A stretch of 55,795 nucleotides of DNA from a virus (Duplodnaviria; Caudoviricetes), in IMG/VR virus record IMGVR_UViG_3300007640_000041, positions 1 through 55,795 of that record, one strand, 5' to 3'. Position 1 is the stretch's first letter; each line of letters opens with the position of its first letter. Shown one piece after another: positions 6,656 to 19,100 of the stretch. The position numbers were made by a program, and so were the translations under genes. Under the pieces are notes generated by a model, which was not told the DNA's origin, did not search any database, and worked only from the letters and a program-made list of their open reading frames with translations.

Positions 6656-8772
6656 TGAACTCTCTAGTAAAAATAGAAGGGTATGAGGAGCTTGGCATCT
6701 CGATTTGCCCCAAGGGTACACAAGGTGAAGTTCTTGAACTCGGTGGGCTACTCATTGTACTTCCCGCTCAGCCTCCCGAAGAGGAAATTGAAGGATATGG
6801 ACGTCCAAACAACCTGCAGTTGTGGGAGAGAAGGTCTATGCCTGAGGAGCTGTCTAGGGTTCGTTCTATGGATGAGTGGGGGGAGATGCCAAGGGAGTTT
6901 CGACAGAAGTTTTCTCCGTATATCGAAGAGGAGTTTCGCCGTAGGCGTGAGGGCTTTTGGTTTTATAACAACGGTGTCCCTACATATATTACGGGCAGGC
7001 ACTACATGATGCTTCAATGGACGAAGCTTGATATAGGTTATCCAAATTTCTTATCTTTCCAGCGAGAGATATTTATTCACCTGGCTGCATGTGAGGCTGA
7101 TCCCCGTTGTATAGGGCAGCTTTACACCAAATGCCGAAGATCAGGTTACACCAACATCTGTTCGTCTGTAATTGTAGACGAAGCCACCCAAGTCAAAGAG
7201 AAGCTGCTTGGGATACAGTCCAAGACTGGTAAAGATGCGCAGGAGAACATCTTCATGAAGAAGGTGGTCCAGATGTTTAAGTCGTACCCGTTCTTTTTTA
7301 AACCCATTCAAGATGGTACCACTAACCCACGCATGGAGCTGGCTTTTCGCGAGCCGAGTAAGAGAATCACGAAGAAGAATAAGACTTCGCAGAAGGGCGA
7401 GGCTCTTAATACGATAATAAACTGGAAGAACACCACCAACAACGCATATGATGGTGAGAAGCTACATTTGTTGTATTTAGATGAAGCTGGAAAATGGGAA
7501 AAACCTACAGACATAAGGGACGCATGGAGGATTCAGCGGACCTGTTTGATCGTCGGAAGAAGAATCGTGGGAAAAGCGATGGTCGGAAGCACCGTAAATC
7601 CGATGGACAAGGGAGGAAAGGAGTACAAGGAGCTATGGGAGGATTCGAGTCCTATGAACAGGAACGCGAATGGTAGGACAACCAGCGGACTTTACAGACT
7701 CTTTATCCCAGCATACGAGTCACTTGAAGGATTCTTTGACGTATACGGCAATCCAGTCGTGGAAGATCCTGACAATCCTTTGGATGGCCTTGATGGTGAT
7801 AGCGTATATATTGGAGCTAAGACGTATCTCAAAAACGAGAGAGACGGATTAAAGCACGACCCAGCGGAGCTTAACGAAGTTACAAGGCAGTTCCCCTTTA
7901 CTACAGACGAAGCCTTCAGGGATAGTATCGACGGCAGCATCTTTAATGTGGGTAAAATCTACCAGCAGATAGAGTTTAACGAGGATCTATTCCCAAATCC
8001 TATCGTGCAAGGAAACTTTATGTGGAGGGGTGGAGAAAAGGATACGGAGGTAATCTTTGCTCCTGATGTAAACGGTCGATTTTTAGTTGCGTGGATGCCG
8101 CCAGAAGATCAGCGTAACGTGAAGCGGTCGGACAAGGGTAAACGTGTTGCACCATTTCCAGAAAGAGGTGTCGGCGGCGTTGACTCTTATGACCTTGACG
8201 AAACAGTAGACGGGAGAGGATCTAAGGGTGCGCTACATCTTTACAATAAGTTCAGCATGGAGGGTGCGTCAAACATGTTTGTCGTAGAGTATGCGTCGAG
8301 ACCAGATATGGCCAGAATATTCTATGAAGACTGTCTGATGGCTGCTGTGTTTTATGGGTATCCGCTGTTAATTGAAAACAATAAGTACGGTATCGCAAGA
8401 TACTTTGAATCAAGAGGTTACGACGGATACTTAATGGAAAGGCCGAAGCACCTGTTTGCCTCTAGCTCTAAGACTGTGAAGACTAAGGGTCTCCCGTCAA
8501 ACTCAGCAGATATTATCCAAGCCCACGCTCACGCGATTGAATCTTACATACACAATCACGTCGGCATAAATCAGGATAACGGTACAATGGGTAACATGTA
8601 CTTTAACAGAACCCTTGAGGACTGGATAGGATTTAAAATTAATAATAGAACTAAGTTTGACCTTACGATTAGCTCAGGGTTAGCTCTGCTTGCCGCTCAG
8701 AAGGCTCCTCCGCAAAAAGTAACCGACTTATCTAATAAGCAGTTTTTTAGGAGATTTAAGTTCAACGCGTAA
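6655..8772 (+). CDS. terL: Terminase large subunit
   Basis: Walker A-like KCRRSGYT, Walker B LYLDEAGK, GST motif, nuclease GVDSYD, LIENN, FDLTISSG; precedes portal. Confidence 0.92.
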   Translation: MNSLVKIEGYEELGISICPKGTQGEVLELGGLLIVLPAQPPEEEIEGYGRPNNLQLWERRSMPEELSRVRSMDEWGEMPREFRQKFSPYIEEEFRRRREGFWFYNNGVPTYITGRHYMMLQWTKLDIGYPNFLSFQREIFIHLAACEADPRCIGQLYTKCRRSGYTNICSSVIVDEATQVKEKLLGIQSKTGKDAQENIFMKKVVQMFKSYPFFFKPIQDGTTNPRMELAFREPSKRITKKNKTSQKGEALNTIINWKNTTNNAYDGEKLHLLYLDEAGKWEKPTDIRDAWRIQRTCLIVGRRIVGKAMVGSTVNPMDKGGKEYKELWEDSSPMNRNANGRTTSGLYRLFIPAYESLEGFFDVYGNPVVEDPDNPLDGLDGDSVYIGAKTYLKNERDGLKHDPAELNEVTRQFPFTTDEAFRDSIDGSIFNVGKIYQQIEFNEDLFPNPIVQGNFMWRGGEKDTEVIFAPDVNGRFLVAWMPPEDQRNVKRSDKGKRVAPFPERGVGGVDSYDLDETVDGRGSKGALHLYNKFSMEGASNMFVVEYASRPDMARIFYEDCLMAAVFYGYPLLIENNKYGIARYFESRGYDGYLMERPKHLFASSSKTVKTKGLPSNSADIIQAHAHAIESYIHNHVGINQDNGTMGNMYFNRTLEDWIGFKINNRTKFDLTISSGLALLAAQKAPPQKVTDLSNKQFFRRFKFNA

Positions 8773-8777
8773 ATCAC

Positions 8778-8786
8778 TATATTTGC
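8778..8786 (+). promoter_or_regulatory. Late promoter core TATATTTGC
   Basis: Recurrent 9-mer just ahead of portal. Confidence 0.75.
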
Positions 8787-8801
8787 AGGAAAAGCAAATG
8801 G

Positions 8802-11267
8802 GTGATGCACGGAAGTAATTCAAATAATAAGTTCGGATTTCCAGATCAGCTCGCTACTATGGCAGAGAAAGAGACCAAGGAGTACGGTCTCAAGTATGCC
8901 AAGGCGATTGATGCTCAATGGGGTAAGGTTTCCGAACGAGGCAGCCTGTTCAGAAAGCGTTTTGAGCAATTCGAAAAGAACAGGGCTTATGCCAACGGTA
9001 CACAAGATACCAGCATATACAAAAAGATTCTTACGTCTCTTGACCCTAATTCAAACGACGGTACCCTCCTTAACCTTGACTTCTCTCCAGTCCCAGTACT
9101 CCCTAAGTTTGCGAGAGTTGTAGCCAACAAAATTCTTTCCCTCAATCCATATCCAAATCTTGAGGCAATAGATCCAATTTCATCTACCGAAAAGGATAAG
9201 ATGAGACAGGAGATCTTGTTTGACATGGAGAATAAAGAGGATCTTAAGAAGATTGAAGAAGACACTGGGGAGCAGATGACTTCTGTGCCAGTTGATCAGC
9301 TCCCAGAAACTTCTGAGGAGGCGGAGATCTTTATGGCTTCAAACCTTAAGACTGCTGCTGAGATATCGGCTCAGATGGCTACAAACCTCACTCTTGAGTG
9401 GAATAACTTTAACGACTCTACGTATAGAAGGGTTGTTGACGATCTGGTTATATGCGGAATTGGGGTTGTTAAAAGAGAAAACGACCCGTCTCACGGCATC
9501 ATAACTAGATACGTAGACCCTGCGGCCTTTATTCACAGCTACACTGAAGATCCAGGTTTAAATGACCTTGTGTATGCTGGAGAATCCAGGAAGATCACTA
9601 TTCAAGAGTTGCGAAAGCTTGCTGGGGACGAGCTTACAGAAGACGAAATCAAAGACATTGCTGAAAAGGCTAGAAGTAAGTATTCTTACGATAGCAAGCA
9701 TATGCATCAGCACAACTACGATATTTACTCTGGAAAGAATTCGTATGGCTATGACGACTTCGTTGTTGACATCTTGGACTTTGAGTTTATTTCATCTGAC
9801 AAGATTTATTTCGAAGAAAAGGAGAATAAATACGGGAATGTAAACTTTTTCATGAAGGGCTTTGATAAGGAGCCCAAGATTAAGAACAGCGTATTTGAAA
9901 GAAAGCCTCACTGCCTTGAGGTTGGTAGCGTGTATGGCGGAATCTACATAGTTGGGTGCAATAAGGTCATCAACTATGGAAGAAAGGCAAACGTGCCTAA
10001 AAATATGTACGACATTTCAAGAGCAACACTCTCTTATTCGTGCGTAGCCACGAACATGAGAAACATGATGCCTAAGTCAATGATCGACAGCACCATAAGC
10101 TTTGCCGATCAGATTCAGCTTACTCATCTTAAGATTCAGCAAGCTATCGCCAAGGCTAAGCCTGATGGGTTGATTATTGATATCGAGGCCCTTGAAAATG
10201 TTCAGCTCGGAAAGGGTGGTGAGCTTCAGCCCTTGGAGCTTCACGACATCTACGAGCAGACTGGCGTCTTCTACTACAGAAGCAAGAATGCAGACGGCTC
10301 TGCTGGAGCTCCTCCGATCAGAGAGATCGGAAATAGCATCCGAAACATCAATGAGATGATAGCTCTTTACAACCATTACATGCGTATGATTCGCGATGTG
10401 ACTGGTGTTAACGAGCAGATGGACGGGACGACGCCTAAGGGTGACGCTCTTGTCGGCGTTCAGCAGATTGCAATACAGACTGGAAATAACGCTATTTACG
10501 ACATCACCAATGCGTCTGCAATCCTCTACAAAAAGGTTTGTCAGGACATCGTAAAGTGCCTTCAGATCATACACCCAGAAAGCATTTTGTTTGCTGTCTA
10601 CGAAAAAGCTCTTGGAAGGTTTAACATGCAGACTTTATCTGAGTTTAGAGAGCTTCCGATGTATAATTTTGGCGTAATCGTAGAGAAGGATATGGAGGAG
10701 AAGGACAGACAGTTCCTTGAGCAAAACATTCAAATTTCATTGTCTCAAAAAGAGATAGACCTTGAGGATGCTATGGCTGTAAGGCAGCTTAGAGACGTCA
10801 ATCAGGCCGAAAAGGTTCTGATGATACGTCGTAAGAAGAAACAAGAAGCCGCTCAGAAAGCAGCTATGCAGCAGCAGCAAGCCGCTGCTCAGGCTCAGAT
10901 GCAGCAAATTCAAGCGCAGATGCAGGCTAAGCAGCAAGAATATCAGATGATGATGCAGGCCAAAGTATCTGAGATCGGAGTTAAGATGAAAGCTGAAATG
11001 CAGCTTGAACAAATGCGGTTCCAACATGAGCGAGAGCTCGCTATGATTAAGGCTCAGGTTGGCCAGTTTGACAAGCAATCTGACGTCGAGACGCGCAAAG
11101 AAATTGAGCGCATGAAAGACGACAGAAAAGATGAAAGAGTTAAGAAACAAGCTGTCGAGCAAAGCAAGCTTATATCTCAAAGACAAGGTCAGAGAGGAGA
11201 GCTTAAAAACGAAGCAGAAGAATTTGATCTGGGCCAAGCCCTCGCAAACCAAGCAATGAATAGATAA
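8802..11267 (+). CDS. Portal protein
   Basis: 821 aa after TerL; DL.I.G.G..K motif, IRDVTGVNE..DG, long Q-rich C-terminal coil as in P22/crAss-type portals. Confidence 0.85.
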   Translation: MMHGSNSNNKFGFPDQLATMAEKETKEYGLKYAKAIDAQWGKVSERGSLFRKRFEQFEKNRAYANGTQDTSIYKKILTSLDPNSNDGTLLNLDFSPVPVLPKFARVVANKILSLNPYPNLEAIDPISSTEKDKMRQEILFDMENKEDLKKIEEDTGEQMTSVPVDQLPETSEEAEIFMASNLKTAAEISAQMATNLTLEWNNFNDSTYRRVVDDLVICGIGVVKRENDPSHGIITRYVDPAAFIHSYTEDPGLNDLVYAGESRKITIQELRKLAGDELTEDEIKDIAEKARSKYSYDSKHMHQHNYDIYSGKNSYGYDDFVVDILDFEFISSDKIYFEEKENKYGNVNFFMKGFDKEPKIKNSVFERKPHCLEVGSVYGGIYIVGCNKVINYGRKANVPKNMYDISRATLSYSCVATNMRNMMPKSMIDSTISFADQIQLTHLKIQQAIAKAKPDGLIIDIEALENVQLGKGGELQPLELHDIYEQTGVFYYRSKNADGSAGAPPIREIGNSIRNINEMIALYNHYMRMIRDVTGVNEQMDGTTPKGDALVGVQQIAIQTGNNAIYDITNASAILYKKVCQDIVKCLQIIHPESILFAVYEKALGRFNMQTLSEFRELPMYNFGVIVEKDMEEKDRQFLEQNIQISLSQKEIDLEDAMAVRQLRDVNQAEKVLMIRRKKKQEAAQKAAMQQQQAAAQAQMQQIQAQMQAKQQEYQMMMQAKVSEIGVKMKAEMQLEQMRFQHERELAMIKAQVGQFDKQSDVETRKEIERMKDDRKDERVKKQAVEQSKLISQRQGQRGELKNEAEEFDLGQALANQAMNR

Positions 11268-11650
11268 TGGCTACTATAAATCTAGATACATCGTCCAGAC
11301 TTGACATTATTGCTCGTCGCAGCGATACGTTTGACCTAACCATAGACTTTAATACGTCTTTGGCTGAATACGCTTACGGAGACTGGAAGCTTCAGGTCAG
11401 AGACGCTGACACTAATGACAGCACAACAGCTGGAGACATCACGATAAATGTGTCTGCGACCGAAGGCGTGCTTCCAGGAACTAGTGGATTTATTGTTTCT
11501 GGGGAAGAGCTTAGAATTATAATAACTTCTTCAGATATGAATATAGCGTCTGGGGTGTACGTATACGACCTTCAGACTACAGATGCTGGGACTGGTGTAA
11601 AAACTTGGTTGAACGGATACTTTAAAGTAGTAGAGGATATAACGATATAA
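11267..11650 (+). CDS. Ig-like tail/fibre attachment protein
   Basis: 127 aa beta-rich; WKLQVR, GVYVYDLQ, WLNG.FKV pattern. Confidence 0.6.
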   Translation: MATINLDTSSRLDIIARRSDTFDLTIDFNTSLAEYAYGDWKLQVRDADTNDSTTAGDITINVSATEGVLPGTSGFIVSGEELRIIITSSDMNIASGVYVYDLQTTDAGTGVKTWLNGYFKVVEDITI

Positions 11651-11651
11651 T

Positions 11652-13130
11652 ATGTCAGCAGTAACAGTAAATCTGACCGAACAAAGCAAGGTGGAGATCA
11701 ATCATGTTACTTCACCTGTCGTTAGTATTACCCATCCTGAGGTTCGGGCAATAACCGTTACTGGCTTTGTTGGAGGTTCTGGCGGTGGTTTCACCCTACC
11801 AGACGGACTTGAATACCAAGTTCTTACTTCTGACGGTGCTGGCGGTGCAACTTTTGAGTTCCCAAAGACTATCTCTGAGACTGTAAAAAACGTTAGCGGT
11901 GGAGAACTCGCTAAGGGGACTCCAGTACACGTCACTGGATCTACAGGTCAAGATACCGCTGAGGTAGTTGCTGCAGACGCTACCACATACTATCCAGCTC
12001 ACTTTGTTCTTGGGGAGACTCTTGGAATTGGTGAAGTCGGCCAGGCTATTGCTTATGGTTTTATCAACAATGTATCTGTTCCAGACGGTGATGCTTATGT
12101 GGGGTTCGAGGGGGAAGATGTGTATCTCGGCGCTTCTGGCGGATGGGTTACAACCAAGCCTACGGGCGCTAACGTAAAGGTTCAGAAGATAGGCGTTATA
12201 CTCAAGGTTAATGCTAGTTCTGATCATATTTCTGGTATTGTTCAGGGTGCTGGTAGGGTTAATGACCTGCCGAATATCACCGAGGGTAAGCTCTGGGTTG
12301 GAGACGCTGACGGCGTGCCACAGGAGTGGGGCTATTCAAACGCTACGGCTATGCCAGAAGAGGTAGGGGCATTTCCTGTCGGAACTACTTTTTCAGACGC
12401 GACTCTCGATCAGTTGTTTACAGGTCTTCTATACCCATATCAAGATCCTGTACTTACTGTAAATGATAATTTTGCCCAGGAATACGAGTTTGGTGATGAC
12501 GTCAATAGCGTAACTATAACATTGAGCGCCGACAACCCATCAAACATTGAGACGGGCTCGTTGTCTATTCTTAAGTACACTGGGATTTCAACTTATACAA
12601 CTATAGCCACTGGACTAAGCTTGAGTGACTTTTCTGGTGGGTATATTTACTCTCCAGCAACTCCTATAACGTCACCAGCTAATGGATATGTTTCTTTTAG
12701 AGTCATGGGGCTGGACACAAATGGAAGTACTATAAGTGATTATGGCCCTAATACATACTGGAGATATAGAGTCTTTTGGGGGAATAGCAGTTCTTCGTCT
12801 CTGTCTGTTGTTTCGACACTTTCTGACAGTATTCTAGATGCAAATAGGGGCGGAACTAGAGCCTTTGATTCTGGTACTAGCGTGTATAAGTTTTTCGCAT
12901 GGCCTACGGGTCTTGGGGCGCCATCAGCGTCTCCAAATGGTTTTAAGTTTGACAACGGCACAAACGTTCCTATGGCCACTTCTAACGACGATGCAAACTT
13001 TTCAACCACCGACTCTAGTGGGTATTACTATCAATCAATTACAGAGACGGTAAATGGCGAGAGTATAACATATAGGGTTTATAGGAGTAAGAATCAGATT
13101 AACGGGGCGTTAAACATTACAGTGTATTGA
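11652..13130 (+). CDS. Virion structural/fibre protein
   Basis: 492 aa, G/T/S-rich; QVLTSDG.G, KGTPVHVTG modules. Confidence 0.7.
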   Translation: MSAVTVNLTEQSKVEINHVTSPVVSITHPEVRAITVTGFVGGSGGGFTLPDGLEYQVLTSDGAGGATFEFPKTISETVKNVSGGELAKGTPVHVTGSTGQDTAEVVAADATTYYPAHFVLGETLGIGEVGQAIAYGFINNVSVPDGDAYVGFEGEDVYLGASGGWVTTKPTGANVKVQKIGVILKVNASSDHISGIVQGAGRVNDLPNITEGKLWVGDADGVPQEWGYSNATAMPEEVGAFPVGTTFSDATLDQLFTGLLYPYQDPVLTVNDNFAQEYEFGDDVNSVTITLSADNPSNIETGSLSILKYTGISTYTTIATGLSLSDFSGGYIYSPATPITSPANGYVSFRVMGLDTNGSTISDYGPNTYWRYRVFWGNSSSSSLSVVSTLSDSILDANRGGTRAFDSGTSVYKFFAWPTGLGAPSASPNGFKFDNGTNVPMATSNDDANFSTTDSSGYYYQSITETVNGESITYRVYRSKNQINGALNITVY

Positions 13131-13131
13131 T

Positions 13132-16100
13132 ATGGCAGCTATTGAGGGTTCAGTAACAATAGGCGGGTTTATAGCCCCATCAGATACTACGGATACGTAT
13201 CCTTCCCACGTAGACATCTACGGTAGGGGCGGTATGCGTTCTGTAGCAGATAATACAGAAAGAGACGCTATTACTTCCGACAGAAGATCGGAAGGCATGT
13301 TTGTGTACGTCCTTGACCCAGCTGGAGACGGTACTGTCGATGCTACGCTATACACTCTCAGCGGCGGTATAACTAATAGCAACTGGATAGAGGTAGAACT
13401 TGGTGGCGGCGGTTATTGGCAGCAAGTAAACGCAAGCACAAGCATTTACTTTGTTCCAGGGAGTGGTGATGGTAGAGTCGGTATCGGTACCAACTCACCG
13501 AGCTATGACCTTCATGTGTCTAAAGATTCACCTGCAGGGACAGTTTACATAGGGGTTGAGAATACAAGCAACATTGGTACTGTTGGTGCTGGGACGTATT
13601 ATATAGCTGATACTCAGACATGGTCTAATGTAGCTAGAGTTGGATCATATAAAATAGTAAATGATACTGACAACGTAACTCCTTTTGAAATAGAAAAACT
13701 AGCGCCAAACGCTTCGATTGTAGTGGGTCAGAATGGTGTCGGTATTGGAAAGACTGCTGCGACTAACGTAAAGCTTGATGTAGATGGAAATATAAGGTTT
13801 GCAAGTGACGGGGCTGGAGCAAACTATCTTGAGTTTGTTCGTAATAGTAGCAACAACTGGAAGCTTGGTTCATCGGGGGTTGGAGAAATATTTAGTCAAG
13901 TTGGAAATGCCAGCAACTGGAAACAAGACTTTACTGCAACAAGAAGATATATAAAGTCAGCCCCAACAACTGAGCAATTTTCTAATGGCGTTGGATACCC
14001 AGCTATTTGGGGTCAGCAAACGTGGACAGATGCCGCTTATAGGCATAGACACCTTTTCTTGGACGTAACTGACAGTAGTGGTGGTACTACTGGCAGCACT
14101 ATTATTGAGGTTCAAAAAAACGGAACTGTAGGGTTTGTTGTAGATAAGGATTTCAACGTCGGTATCGGGACTTCTTCACCAGAGGAAAAACTTCATGTAA
14201 CTCCAAGTGTTCTTGTAGGATCGAAGGGTTTCTCTACGCCAGCCGCTGGTCAACTCAGAGTTGCCTCTCCTAACGCTAGCTACGGCGAGCTTGGTTTTAC
14301 GTCTCAATACGACAACTTCCCTTCTGGTATTAGATCTTACGGATTAAGCTCTAATTACGACAGAGACCTTCGTTTCTACACCAAAGACACAGCGTCTGCG
14401 ACAGACGGACTGGAGCGAATGAGGATTACGGAGGGCGGTAACGTCGGTATCGGGACTGCTACGCCAGAAGAAAAACTTCATGTAGCAGGAAATATCAAGC
14501 TTGACGGAACTATAAATTCCGCCAACCTCACACCTACAGACAGGTATGATATAAGAAACTGGACGTACACTGGCAAAAGAACACTAGACAACAGTACGTT
14601 TAACCCTATACAGCTGCTTGGAACTCCTAGAGGTCTTTTCTTCAAGGATGACGGCACCAAGATGTATATATCTGACGATGGTAATGATGCAATCTATGAA
14701 TACAATCTTTCTATCGCGTGGGATATAGAGACTGCAGTTCAGTCATACAAGCTATCCACAGTTACAAACCCTCCAAGCGCTAACGTACCATACAGCATCT
14801 TCTTTAGCTCTGATGGAACGGTTTTGTTTTTGGCTGACAATGATGAAAAAACTGTTCAGGTATGGGATTTGTCTATTGCATGGGATCTAAGCACCGCATC
14901 GTCTAACGATTCAAAAAAGCTTGTAGTGACATCGCTTGTTACTGAAGTGACAAACATGTCCTCTCTGTTCTTTAATCCAGACGGGAATATCATGCTTGTT
15001 TATGATTTCAATACTGAAAAAATCTACAGGTTTGATCTAAGTACGGCTTGGGATCCTTCTACTGCTACGCATACGTCGTCTACGCTAAATATGTCGTCAG
15101 CAGCTGACTACCCAGGCCTGCCAACCCTAAACTCTGCAAGCCCTCAAAACTACTTTGGTATCTGGGTATTGGATGACGGTCTCACTATGTATACCTCCGA
15201 GTATCAAACAGATACTTTTATACAGTGGAGCATGTCTACGGCATGGGACATAACGACGCTGTCTATTGTTAGATATACAAGTACTCCGCGAGGAAACGAT
15301 ATTCTTGTACCAACACAGTTTTATTTTGCAGACAGCATTAAAAAGCTTTTTGTCCTTGACGACTACTCCGACAGTGTCTTTGAGTTTGACACCTCTGCAG
15401 GTGTAAACATAAGGAGCCTTTCTAGTGACGGAAAGGTGTTTTCAGAAAAAGGTGAGTTTAATGGGCTTATTGTAAATGGGATTCTTGATGTCAGGGGCGG
15501 AACTGATACTCAGGGTCTCACGGCTCAAAGTTCTGGTATAAATACTACTGGCGGTATTACTGCTAATGGGAGTTTGCAAACTGGTAGAAGTACTGGCAGT
15601 AAATCTGCATATATAAACTATTATGGGTCAAAGGCAGATCCAAACGATACTCAGACATACAGAACACAGTCTTATGCTGGTATAAACATTAGACACCACA
15701 ACGAAAGCTATGATCAGGTAGATATAGGGTCGTACAGCAATTCTTATATAAATATTGTCGGTGAGGTCGATAACATTGGAAGCACTGATATCACTGGTCA
15801 GATAAGAGTTCAAAACAAGAAGACCCTTAGAGAAAGCATTGCTCCTAGCGGAACGATAGTTCATAGAGATACCTTTACTGAGTCTTTTGATACAGATATA
15901 ACGGTTCACACGCCAGATGTTGGTAGCGCGTACACTATTCAAAATACAGACGGGGCAGACGCAACAGCCGTTGTTTCTGGAGGAAACGGATATGCAACGA
16001 CTTCTCCTTCTCCAAACGACAACGAGGGCATTACAGTTTTGTGCAACACGACACTACCCACCGACTATGTAGCAAAGTGGGAGTTTAGTTCGTCTTCTTC

Positions 16101-19100
16101 GTTGCCGCCTGGTGACTCTTATGTGTTTACTATTCTTTTAAATTATAAAGACAACGACAATTTTGACATCCTTAGACTTTCTAGAGATGCTGACGATACA
16201 ATTCTTTATGTTCGGAGGGCTGGAGTAATTACTTACGGGCATATTCAGACAGAAATTAAGAATATTGGTGGCGAAAGAGGTGATTATACAACCACCTACA
16301 ATACAGACACACTTAACATTGACCTTTGGGGTTGGGCGGGAAATAAAAATCCTGCATCCCTTACTCTTGAGGCTAGGAAAGTTGGCGACTACCTAGTTCT
16401 GATATATGACGGAATTATCGGGTATGTAGCTGAAGTTGACTGGTTTGCTAGCCATAAGATCGGTTTTGGGTGGGGAGCAAACAGCTTAACCAACAGCAAT
16501 GATGAGGCTCACGACTCGTGGAAGCTTGACTCATTTACTGTTCAAGAGATTACTGATAGAGATCTTGACTCCGTAAGCTATATTGAAAACGGCAACTTCG
16601 GTATCGGGACTACTTCACCGACTGCCAATCTGCACTCTATGGCCCCAGATGGCAATACTTTCTCTTTAAAACTTGGGAGGGCAGACAATGGAAGTGAGTG
16701 GAGTTTCAATCACGCTGGAGATGACTTAAGAATCTACAATCAGGGTGGTTCTGGAAAAGACATCTTGTTTAGCGTTGATGCTGGCGGAACTGAAAAAGGC
16801 AACAAAGTCGGTATCGGGACCGCTACGCCGTCAGAGAAGTTGCACGTAAGTGGTAAGATTAAAGTTATTTATGGTACAGAAAATGTGCTTATTGGCGATG
16901 CTGGCAACAACATAACTGGCTACTCCAACACTGCTCTCGGTTCACTTACTCTTAGAGACGCTACAGCAGCTAATCAAAACGTAGCTATTGGTCAGCAAGC
17001 GCAGAGGTATACAACTGGAAACTACAACGTGACGGTTGGTACTCAAGCCAATATGTACACGACAGGTGGGAACAACGTAGCTCTTGGTGGTTTGGCAGCA
17101 AAAGGTGATGCCTCTTCTACCTTCACCAACACAACAGCAGTCGGTTATCGAGCACTCACAGCACTAACTACTGGCGAAGGCAATACTGCGGTGGGGGTTG
17201 AGTCTCTACGAGACACAACAACAGGAATTCGCAATACGGTAGTGGGGAATTCAGCAGGTGCCGCTGTCAACGCGGGTTATAATGCAATATATGGTTATCA
17301 AGCAGGGCAATTATTTGGTAACAATAATACTGCAATGGGTTATGTCGCAGGGAAGTATAATTCAGGTGAAAATAATGTTCTTATTGGCGCAGAGGCTGGC
17401 GAAGGCGCTAGTGGCTCCTCTAGCTTCTCCAACACAGTAGCAGTCGGTTATCAAGCTCTTACTGCGTTGACTACTGGCACTGGGAATACTGCGGTAGGGT
17501 ATCTAGCATTGGCAAATGCTACGACTAACCTTAGAAACACAGCTGTGGGTTATGGTGCTTTTGATGAAATTGATGGAACTAATAATGTATCATATTCTAC
17601 TGGTTTAGGATATGGTGTGAGTAGTGGTGGATACGATGAAGTTATAGTTATAGGCCATAATGTATCCGCTGGAGGACACAATAGTGTATCCATTGGTGGT
17701 ACAGCAGGCTATCAAGGTGTTGCTATAGGAGACCTTGCTAAAAACGGAAGAGGAATTTCCATAGGATATGGTGCGGGTCGATTAATACAAGGTAGTAATG
17801 ACCACAATATTTTTATTGGAAACCAATCTGGATACAACACTAATGGTGCTAGCCGTAATACATTCTTAGGACAGTTCACTGGACTTAATTTGAGTGGTGG
17901 GGATAATAACACATTAATAGGATACAATGCTGGGTATAATATAGCAAATGGCTCTAGCAACATATTCCTAGGCTACAACGCAGGCTACAACGAAACAGGA
18001 AGCAACAAGCTGTACATCGCAAATAGCGATACAACCACCCCGCTTATCTACGGTGAGTTTGATAACGAGATTGTTCGAGTCAACGGTAGTTTAAATTCTA
18101 GGCTAACAGGACAATCATATGACAGCCTCCAAGTTGGAGAAGTCTTTAGATTTAAGCCTCTAGACGGGGCAAGCACCGTTCCATCATCAAATGCAGCTTC
18201 TGTATACATAAGTAGAGATGGCTCAACGTCAACTGATGTTGTTGCGCTAAACGTGGGTGACAAAATAAAAATTAAAAGAAACGGCGGTGGTACACCTACG
18301 TTCAACGTTGGTAATGGTGCATTTATATACGAACAAAGTTATGACGGCAACGCTGTAACAAACACCAACCCGTTCAACAACGGAGCTGGTATGGGTATTA
18401 GAAATACTAGTCAAGGCTCTCCTGTTATTTTGGCCTTGTTGATTAATGGAACCTTTGGGGCCTTAAATAGTGCTGGTTCAACGCTCAACATTGGTAACCC
18501 CAATGGCATGAATAACAACTGGGCGCAGGACCAACAGGTATATTTTCAAAACACCAGTTTGTTTGGGGTTAGAAACGGTAACACCTCTAACTTTGGGAAT
18601 GCAGACGGATGGGTGATTAGATCTCAATCTCTCAACACAGATAGCGTAAGTGATTACAGGCATGGGCTTCAGCTTTCTAACCCTCCAAACCTTGGGGTGA
18701 GCTCAAACGGAGGCAAGGTATACACAACAAACGGAAGCAATGTATTGGATGCAAATACCTTGGGCTATAGCATTCGAAGCTTTGTTGAGGTTGGAGATAC
18801 CATATATGTCTGCGACGCCAGCACAAACACTCATTTTGTTACCACAAATACAATCTATAAGCATACTGTAACTGCTGTAGACCTTGTAAATAATACAATT
18901 ACTATAGACTCAAACTATGCAGGAACAACAGGAACTTCTTCTGCGTACTTAGAGAAAAACATCGTAACAGTTAGAAACTATAACGGTGATGTTATGACTC
19001 GTGTAAAGGGCACGGGAGAGTTCCAGATTGGAAGTGATGCTGCGGGGTATTTATTGCCTTCCACTGACGGGACATCAGGACAAGTGCTTTCTACGAATGG

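Noticed and set aside
6341-6721. 126-aa - strand ORF containing VRPTGFEPVT
   Set aside because: Antisense translation of tRNA-Arg
6655-8772. Intein or intron in terminase (also checked RNR and helicase)
   Set aside because: Lengths are ordinary and no splice or homing-endonuclease motifs are seen
10837-10960. CAG-rich repeats in portal
   Set aside because: Encode the Q/M/A-rich coiled coil; not a DNA repeat array
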